This document shows, one piece after another, positions 57,713 through 64,000 of a DNA stretch of 64,000 bases. Below the pieces are notes generated by a model. It was not told the DNA's origin. It searched no databases and saw nothing but the letters and a program-made list of their open reading frames with translations. The first letter of the stretch is position 1. Each line of letters starts with the position of its first letter. Position numbers and translations under genes: made by a program. This stretch comes from an uncultured Actinomycetes bacterium (GTDB taxonomy: Bacteria > Actinomycetota > UBA4738 > HRBIN12), in assembly GCA_963704885.1 (NCBI GenBank), contig CAVPIB010000008.1, positions 47,654 through 111,653 of the forward strand, written 5' to 3'.

Positions 57713-59446
57713 GTGAGGGGGTTGGCGTTGCGATCTCACCAGAAGATCACGCCTTCATACACATATCGGCTCCGGCGGGCGCTGATCGCGGGCACCGTCG
57801 CCTTCTCTCTCGCCGCCGCGTTCATCGTCTCAGTGTTGTATGTGCTCCCGGCTCGCGCGTTCCCCGGGTCGCTGCTTCCCGTGGCAGGTGCTTTCCTTGG
57901 CTCGCGGGTCGCCCCGCGAGGGGGCGAGAGTGAACAGGACGCCATCCATAGGGTCGAGTCGCAGATCGGGCGCCAGTTCGACATCGATCACCGGTTCTAC
58001 AAATGGGATGCTGCGCTCCCGACGGCCGCTCAGCAGTGGGACGTTGACACGGGTCGGATCCCGTTCGTGAACTGGTTCGCCGGTCGCACGAACGGCAGCG
58101 TGGTGCCCTGGCGTTCGATCGCCGACGGCGACCAGGATGGATGGATCGGCCGGCGCGCGGGCGCCTTCCGCGATTTCGGTGCGCCGATCTATCTAACGTT
58201 CCATCACGAGCCCGAGGATGACACCGGGCGATGGGGGAGTCCTGAGGATTTCGCGGCCGCGTTTCGTCACATAGTCGAGATCTTCCGCGATCACGGAGCC
58301 AACAACGTGGGATTCGTCTGGACGCTGATGTCCTGGACCTTCGATCCCGATTCGGGGCGGGACGTGAACGCCTTCTATCCCGGGGACGGCTACGTCGACT
58401 TCGTGGGAAGCGACGGCTACAACTGGTATCCAGGTCGCCCGGGTTCCAGATGGAACTCCTTCCAGGCCATCTATCAACTCACCAACGACTTCGCGGATGC
58501 ACACGACAAGCCATGGATAGCTGTTGAGTACGGGGTGCAGGAGGATCCACAGGTGCCCGGTCGAAAGGCACAGTGGTTCCGCGACGCGCTTGTGACCGCC
58601 AAGGCATGGCCCGGACTGAAGGCTCTGATCTACTTCGATCTGACCAAGGCCTACCCTTGGGACACAGACAGCTCGGAGTCGTCCATGCAGGCCTACGCCG
58701 AGATCGCGAACGACCCTTACCTGATGCAACTGGCAGGAGGTGAGCCGTCGCCATCACCCTCCCCGTCGCCATCTCCATCACCACCGCCTCCACCACCGCC
58801 CGGAGGTACCCCCTCGGTAGTGAAGAACGGGTTGAACTCAGGACCTCAGGGCGCGAGCGTCCAGGCTCGCCGTGGCGCGGTGGCGCCCTTCGACTTCGTG
58901 TCGACAACGCGGGGCGCCACGCTCACCTACGACAACACCCACTCGCGCGAGGCGTTCTCCGCAAGGCACGTGCTGAACGCCGGGAGCGATGCCTACTACC
59001 AATGGAACGGGGCCAGGTCGGTTTGGTACGGGCGGATCTTCGTGTGGCTGGACGAGCGACCGACCGGCGACCTCCGGCTGATCCGCGCCTCCGTCGCGGG
59101 CTCACTGAGATGTTCGATCAACATCCGTTCATCGGGAAAGATCGCGTTCGCGGACCGCAAGAACGGGTGGGTAGCGCAGAGCGATATCGCCATCCCGATT
59201 GGCCGGTGGGTGCGACTCGAGTGGAAGGTCGACCAGCGTCGGGGACGGGTCAAGATCAAGATCTTCGTTCTGGCGAACTCGATCCATCCGACGGAGGTGG
59301 TGAAGGCCGGACCGCGGCTTGCCATCGGCGCCAGGGCCGACTACTTCCAGTTCGGGCGTTCGGGGGCCAACGACTTCCCGATCACCTTCTGGACCGATTC
59401 GCCCGGGCTCTCGACCCGGCGGTTCCTGGGTCCCGGAGCCCGTTGA
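57713..59446 (+). CDS. GH26-like glycoside hydrolase, Pro linker and C-terminal beta-sandwich
   Basis: HHEPE acid/base, FYPGD.YVD..GSDGYNW, KP...EYG nucleophile; N-terminal TM. Confidence 0.85.
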   Translation: MRGLALRSHQKITPSYTYRLRRALIAGTVAFSLAAAFIVSVLYVLPARAFPGSLLPVAGAFLGSRVAPRGGESEQDAIHRVESQIGRQFDIDHRFYKWDAALPTAAQQWDVDTGRIPFVNWFAGRTNGSVVPWRSIADGDQDGWIGRRAGAFRDFGAPIYLTFHHEPEDDTGRWGSPEDFAAAFRHIVEIFRDHGANNVGFVWTLMSWTFDPDSGRDVNAFYPGDGYVDFVGSDGYNWYPGRPGSRWNSFQAIYQLTNDFADAHDKPWIAVEYGVQEDPQVPGRKAQWFRDALVTAKAWPGLKALIYFDLTKAYPWDTDSSESSMQAYAEIANDPYLMQLAGGEPSPSPSPSPSPSPPPPPPPGGTPSVVKNGLNSGPQGASVQARRGAVAPFDFVSTTRGATLTYDNTHSREAFSARHVLNAGSDAYYQWNGARSVWYGRIFVWLDERPTGDLRLIRASVAGSLRCSINIRSSGKIAFADRKNGWVAQSDIAIPIGRWVRLEWKVDQRRGRVKIKIFVLANSIHPTEVVKAGPRLAIGARADYFQFGRSGANDFPITFWTDSPGLSTRRFLGPGAR

Positions 59447-59500
59447 TCGTCGCAAGGGAACCCCCGGTCGCTGGCGCTGCCGTTCCCGTAGGATGCCTGC

Positions 59501-59755
59501 ATGCCTGACACACCTGGGAAGCGTCAGCGTCGCGAGGTCAAGGCCAGGAAGCGCTCGGCCAAGGATGAGCGTCGCAGCGCCCGTCAGATGCGTAGCGAAG
59601 ACCCCTCGTATGCATCCGTCTACGAGCAGACCTACCGGTTGAACGAAGACGCGGAATCCGGAGGCGACGCGGATCTGCCGCTGAACGCCCCCGAGGACCA
59701 GTCAGGCGGCGACGTGGCGAAGAGCGACGTACCGCCCGATGCCGGCACTCCGTAG
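59501..59755 (+). CDS. Hypothetical protein (basic N-terminus, acidic tail)
   Basis: TAGGAT-6nt-ATG leaderless signature. Confidence 0.6.
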   Translation: MPDTPGKRQRREVKARKRSAKDERRSARQMRSEDPSYASVYEQTYRLNEDAESGGDADLPLNAPEDQSGGDVAKSDVPPDAGTP

Positions 59756-59767
59756 GGTTTCGATCGG

Positions 59768-59980
59768 TTACTGCGGGAGCGACTGAACCTGGCGCGCCGT
59801 CAGCCGGGTGGTGGTGGGCGCAACGCGCAGACCTGCCATCCCGATGGGGGCCGCGACCCAATCCGGGCGCTTGAGCAACTCGACCGAAAGGCGTCCCTCA
59901 CCGTCCTCCGAGACACGGATTATGGTTCCATGCTCGGTCTTGTAGACACCATCCTTGGTCACCAACCCAGGATACGTCAT
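59768..59980 (-). CDS. Hypothetical protein (70 aa)
   Basis: MTYPGLVTKDG..; GAGAAGG upstream; 20 nt downstream of the cNMP gene. Confidence 0.6.
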   Translation of the reverse strand: MTYPGLVTKDGVYKTEHGTIIRVSEDGEGRLSVELLKRPDWVAAPIGMAGLRVAPTTTRLTARQVQSLPQ

Positions 59981-60000
59981 TTGCCTTCTCGCCAGCACGC

Positions 60001-60435
60001 TCAGGTGGCCATCCAGGCGTCGATCCGCTGTTCGACCTCACGCAGGCGCGCCACCAAGGCCTTCATCATGGAGATCGCCACGCTTGGATGATCAAGCAGG
60101 AACGACTGGAACGCATCGACCGGGATCCTTAGCGCCTCGACCGCCTCGGTGGCCTTCACCGTAGCCATGCGCTTGCCCTGGCTTATCAGCGCCATCTCCC
60201 CGAAGAACTCACCCGGTCCCAGGCGGTGGAACCGCCCACCAACGTCGACCTCGGCCACGCCCGCGGTGATGAGGTACATCGCATCACCCACGGCGCCCTG
60301 CTCGACGAGTGTCTCGCCCGAGATGAACGATACGGGTTGTCCTACCTTCAGGATCCCATCCAGATCCTCGGGCGGCAGATCCGCGAAGAAGGGCGCGGAC
60401 TGCAGGGCTTTCATCTGGGCGGTGGGTTCGCTCAT
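60001..60435 (-). CDS. Stand-alone cyclic-nucleotide-binding domain protein
   Basis: APFFADL, QGAVGDAMY, LGPGEFFGEMALI..RMATV; GAGGAAGG RBS. Confidence 0.9.
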   Translation of the reverse strand: MSEPTAQMKALQSAPFFADLPPEDLDGILKVGQPVSFISGETLVEQGAVGDAMYLITAGVAEVDVGGRFHRLGPGEFFGEMALISQGKRMATVKATEAVEALRIPVDAFQSFLLDHPSVAISMMKALVARLREVEQRIDAWMAT

Positions 60436-60513
60436 AGTTCCCTTCCTCGCTCTCGCTCGCTCTCGTCCTTGGTGGTGCCCGGGTATCGTAGCCACCGGGA
60501 GGGGGAGCGCGTT

Positions 60514-60852
60514 ATGGATCCGGAGACCGGAGGGTGGGAGGCCGCCGCCGGCGTGGACCAGCTGACCGAGGCCAAGGCGAGCCGTGTACAGGTAGCGGGC
60601 GTCGATGTCTTGGTGCTGAAGGTCGGCAAATCGGTCTTCGCGGTCGGCAACCGATGCACGCATCAGGGAGCCCCGCTCGATCGTGGGGTGGTGAATCCGT
60701 CTGAGTCGGCTCCTTCCGTGACGTGCCCCGCGCACGGCAGCGTGTTCTCCCTCATCGACGGCCGTGCTCGCCGGGGTCCGGCGTCACAGCCGGTGCCAGC
60801 CTTCGAGGTACGTGTGAACGAGGGGATCGTGGAGATCAGGCTCCGAGGCTGA
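60514..60852 (+). CDS. Rieske [2Fe-2S] ferredoxin
   Basis: NRCTHQG..L..G and TCPAHGSVF..G...GPA; GGAG RBS. Confidence 0.92.
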   Translation: MDPETGGWEAAAGVDQLTEAKASRVQVAGVDVLVLKVGKSVFAVGNRCTHQGAPLDRGVVNPSESAPSVTCPAHGSVFSLIDGRARRGPASQPVPAFEVRVNEGIVEIRLRG

Positions 60853-60856
60853 TCGC

Positions 60857-61363
60857 TCAGGCCAGGTCACGGGGCCGCACGAACCGGATCAACCGGCCCG
60901 ATCCATCTTCAAGGCCTCCCCAGGTGCTTCCGGCTACCTCGATCCCGGCAAGGGCCCCCGTGGGGAACTTCTCGGCCATCACGGCGAGCGCCTCACCAGA
61001 TCCCGCCAGGCGGAGCGCCAACTCGTGGATCGCTGGGTTGTGGCCGACGATCATCACGGGCGTCGCGGTTCCGCCGATCGCGCCGAGCAGCGCCATGAGC
61101 ACGGTCTGGTCGAAGGTATACAGCTCCGGCTCGATCCGGATATCGGGCGCACCGCGAAGCGCGGGTGTAACGAGTTCCAGCGTCCTGGATGCGCGTAGGG
61201 CCGTGGAGCATAGGATCAGCGCGGGTGCCAGATCCGCGCCCTCGAGGTGTCGACGCATCCTTTCTGCGTCCTTCTCGCCGCGAGGGGACAGCGGTCGATC
61301 GTGGTCGTCGATGTCGGGTCGATCCCAGGCAGACTTGGCGTGACGGAGAAGCCAAAGACGCAT
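60857..61363 (-). CDS. sixA: Phosphohistidine phosphatase
   Basis: LLRHAKSAW, DHDRPL..RG, STA.RA..T, VGHNP. Confidence 0.9.
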   Translation of the reverse strand: MRLWLLRHAKSAWDRPDIDDHDRPLSPRGEKDAERMRRHLEGADLAPALILCSTALRASRTLELVTPALRGAPDIRIEPELYTFDQTVLMALLGAIGGTATPVMIVGHNPAIHELALRLAGSGEALAVMAEKFPTGALAGIEVAGSTWGGLEDGSGRLIRFVRPRDLA

Positions 61364-61390
61364 GCGGGAGATTCAACCACGGGCGGACAG

Positions 61391-61423
61391 CAAGGAGCCC
61401 GGCGCGTAGCGCCGGGCTCCTTG
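61391..61423. terminator. Intrinsic terminator downstream of cspA
   Basis: 15-bp perfect stem CAAGGAGCCCGGCGC-GTA-GCGCCGGGCTCCTTG. Confidence 0.8.
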
Positions 61424-61443
61424 TCCGTTCTGCGTCGGGCCGC

Positions 61444-61647
61444 CTAGACGGCCTTGACGTTCGCGGCCTGCGGGCCCTTCTGGCCCTGCGTCACGTCGTA
61501 CTCGACGCGCTGCCCCTCATCGAGGTTGCGGTAACCCTCGCCGGCGATCGCGCTGAAGTGTACGAACACATCTGCGCTGCCATCCTCGGGTGTGATGAAG
61601 CCGAACCCCTTCTCGGAGCTGAACCACTTCACTGTTCCGGTTGCCAC
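61444..61647 (-). CDS. cspA: Cold-shock protein
   Basis: [33 protein letters not shown]; GTG with GGAGG RBS. Confidence 0.97.
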   Translation of the reverse strand: MATGTVKWFSSEKGFGFITPEDGSADVFVHFSAIAGEGYRNLDEGQRVEYDVTQGQKGPQAANVKAV

Positions 61648-61772
61648 TGGCGATCCCTCCTTCCTTCGCCGTCCGGGCCTTGTAGCTGCCCGTCGGGCGC
61701 CGGCGTGACATCCGCCGGTGTGAGGGAACTGCTCGTAGCGAACCGCGACCAAAACCCTCGCCGGTAACGCTA
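61648..61772 (-). promoter_or_regulatory. cspA promoter (-10 TAGCGT) and long 5' UTR
   Basis: Non-coding stretch of about 110 nt between -10 and RBS; long leaders are typical of csp genes. Confidence 0.45.
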
Positions 61773-61831
61773 ACAGAAGCTGCCTAGTCAAGCTCGCAGG
61801 AGGGAGTCTCTCGGAGGGTAGGCTGTCGGGC

Positions 61832-62488
61832 ATGGGATCGCCCGTCGGCTGTCAGCCGAAGCCACGGATGCGCGGACGGCTCCACCAGATCGCGTTCTTC
61901 GTTTCCATCCCCGCAGGCATCGCTCTGGTCGCGTTGGCCGATACGGGAAGGGCGCGCCTTGCCGCCGCGATCTTCGCCGTCGGGCTGGCGGGGGTCTTCG
62001 GAGCGAGCGCGGCGTATCACCGCGTCGCGTGGACGGACCCAGCCCGCAGGCGCATGAAGCGCCTGGACCACTCGATGATCTTCATCCTGATCGCGGGGAC
62101 CTACACGCCGTTCTGCCTGCTCGCCCTGAGCGGGGTGTGGAGCGTGGCCCTGCTGGCGACGGTCTGGGCGGGCGCGATCGTGGGGATCGTTCTCAAGCAG
62201 GTGAACGTCGACGGGTTGTCCCGATCGAGCGGTTTCCTATACATCGCCCTCGGGTGGGCCGTGATCGTGGCGCTGCCGAGGTTCTTCGACAGCTTGAGCA
62301 CCGCGGCCTTCGTCTTGGTTGTCGCCGGCGGACTCCTCTACACGCTGGGCGCGATCGTGTTCGCCACGAAGCGTCCTGATCCCAACCCCTCCGTCTTCGG
62401 CTATCACGAGATCTGGCACGCGTTCACGGCTGGAGCCGGGGCGTGTCACTACGCGGCAGTCCTCCTGCTGGTGCTCGCGGTCCACTGA
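61832..62488 (+). CDS. Hemolysin III/PAQR (TrhA-like) membrane protein
   Basis: [33 protein letters not shown]. Confidence 0.93.
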   Translation: MGSPVGCQPKPRMRGRLHQIAFFVSIPAGIALVALADTGRARLAAAIFAVGLAGVFGASAAYHRVAWTDPARRRMKRLDHSMIFILIAGTYTPFCLLALSGVWSVALLATVWAGAIVGIVLKQVNVDGLSRSSGFLYIALGWAVIVALPRFFDSLSTAAFVLVVAGGLLYTLGAIVFATKRPDPNPSVFGYHEIWHAFTAGAGACHYAAVLLLVLAVH

Positions 62489-62494
62489 GCCGGA

Positions 62495-63349
62495 TCAGTC
62501 GAACGCGTACTGATCCACGTCCGACACCGGCTCGTATCCCAAACGCTGATAGATGCTGTTAGATGTCGGGTTGTCCAGGTCCGTGAACAGGAAGCAGAAG
62601 TGGATGTCGCGGTCGAGCAGCATCGCGGTCATCTGCCCGACCAGCGCGCTGGCGTAACCCCGGCCCCGGAGCGCCGGCGGGGTGTACACGGGGCCCACCC
62701 TGATCCCGTTGGGTGTCGGGTTGCCGAACCCCGCGAGCGACACGGGCGAACCACCGTCTTCCCAAAGCACGAGGCCGCCGTCCGGGTCCCCGATCCGTCG
62801 ATCCAAGAGCACGGCGGGCGGTTCCTGCACGGTCTCGCGCGGCAGAGCCTCGGCGGTGAACGCGTCCAGCCACTCGACGACCAGGCCGCGATCGTCGCTT
62901 CGGTAGGGGCGCATGAGACCCGACACCCCCTGAGGCGGGCGCGCGGCGGAGGCGCGGTAGATCCGATTCGCCATGGTCCGATGCGAGCCGACCCCCGTGA
63001 GCTCGCGCCACGACTCCGTGAACGCTCGCGCGACCTCCTTGGGGCCGAGCACGCCCGGCAATGACACGAAGGCGTCGTGAGCGTCCCCGGCGAGTGCGTC
63101 GATCGCAGCGGGAGCGACGATCTCCGACAGGATCAGGTTGTGGGGAGGTGTCCGGAATCCGACCGCCACTACGCGGTCACCCTCCACGGCGACGGCCAGG
63201 TAAGGGGGCTCCGCGTATGCGTGAGGATCGGCGGCGAGCCGCGAGCACAACCCCAGGATCAGGTTGTGTTCTGCCTCTCGCTCCGCCAGGAACCCGCCGC
63301 CGATCGCGAGGAACGACTCTAGGTCTGCGGGCCGGCGGACGGTGATCAT
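62495..63349 (-). CDS. GNAT N-acetyltransferase (two-domain)
   Basis: RVGPVYTPP.LRGRGYAS, LFTDL.NPTSN.IY..LGY. Confidence 0.92.
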   Translation of the reverse strand: MITVRRPADLESFLAIGGGFLAEREAEHNLILGLCSRLAADPHAYAEPPYLAVAVEGDRVVAVGFRTPPHNLILSEIVAPAAIDALAGDAHDAFVSLPGVLGPKEVARAFTESWRELTGVGSHRTMANRIYRASAARPPQGVSGLMRPYRSDDRGLVVEWLDAFTAEALPRETVQEPPAVLLDRRIGDPDGGLVLWEDGGSPVSLAGFGNPTPNGIRVGPVYTPPALRGRGYASALVGQMTAMLLDRDIHFCFLFTDLDNPTSNSIYQRLGYEPVSDVDQYAFD

Positions 63350-63387
63350 CGCGCCAGGATACGGAGGTCGCCCGTAGACTCGGACCC

Positions 63388-63780
63388 GTGCAGGGAGACA
63401 TCACGCTCTACGAGGCCGTGGGCGGGATGCCGTTCTTCGAGGCGCTGGTAGATCGGTTCTACGACGGGGTGGCGAAAGACCCCGAGCTGTTGCGGCTCTA
63501 CCCCGAGCCTGAGGACCTGTCCGAGGCCCGGCGCAAACTGGCGCTCTTCCTCGGGCAATACTGGGGCGGTCCGGCCACCTACTCCCAGGAGAGGGGGCAC
63601 CCGGCGCTTCGGATGCGCCACGCCCCCTTCGCGATCGGCACCGACGAGAGGGACCGCTGGCTCACTCACATGCTCGCGGCCGTCGACGACATGGGGGCTC
63701 AGGCAGACATCGCCCAGGCGCTCCGCGGCTACCTCGAGGTGGCCGCCGACTCCCTGAGGAACGTCGACGAAGGTTCGTGA
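63388..63780 (+). CDS. Group II truncated hemoglobin (GlbO-like)
   Basis: LYEAVGG..F..LV..FY, FL.QYWGGP..YS..RGHP.LRMRH..F.I. Confidence 0.93.
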   Translation: MQGDITLYEAVGGMPFFEALVDRFYDGVAKDPELLRLYPEPEDLSEARRKLALFLGQYWGGPATYSQERGHPALRMRHAPFAIGTDERDRWLTHMLAAVDDMGAQADIAQALRGYLEVAADSLRNVDEGS

Positions 63781-64000
63781 TGCGCTACCGGTAGCGAACG
63801 CGCGGGTCGAGGAAGGCGCTAGCTGTTCCTTGCCGAAGCGGAGGGTCCGCCCATATCAGGGGCAAGGAACCGCCAAAGTGTCAGCTCTCCCCCGTCGACC
63901 GATCGCCCGCCCACCTCCCCCGAGGAGACCGAAGTCCGCCATGACGCCGGCGATCAACACCACCAGTCCCCATCCGCATGTCTGCCTCCGGCGCGGGAGC

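Noticed and set aside
58741-58802. Short-period repeats (CCGTCG/CCATC/CCA)
   Set aside because: They encode the Pro/Ser linker of the GH26 protein; ordinary.

Overview
GC-rich (roughly 68% by eye) chromosomal window of an Actinomycetota-type bacterium, probably an uncultured lineage. It is densely coding, with about 65 CDSs and 3 tRNAs (Asn-GTT, Ile2-CAT, Val-TAC). Core genes are dgt-dnaG-rpoD, fumC, a Glu/Leu/Phe/Val dehydrogenase, add, ggt, lhr, cspA and sixA. Accessory genes include a peptide ABC/PHP-hydrolase/IclR unit, a polyamine ABC transporter with a nitrilase and a frameshifted agmatinase, a Mo-oxidoreductase, heme/Fe proteins and many secreted proteins or lipoproteins. I saw no integrase, transposase, cas genes, rRNA or phage genes. 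Most notable: (1) a circularly permuted PafA-type alkaline phosphatase lipoprotein whose new ends may be joined by a disulfide; (2) two tandem nitrobindins translationally coupled to a hemerythrin-fused P1B-5 ATPase; (3) around tRNA-Val, two divergent Cys-rich mini-proteins (one with its stop codon inside the tRNA) and a 1.5-kb integrase-less islet bounded by a 22-bp tRNA 3' duplication; (4) a HiPIP-like protein without a signal peptide; (5) a shared 19-bp candidate IclR operator; (6) SD-occluding hairpins in a cell-wall peptidase operon; (7) pervasive leaderless promoters; and (8) several small ORFs and gene relics absent from the ORF track. All assignments come from motif recognition by eye; no searches were run.
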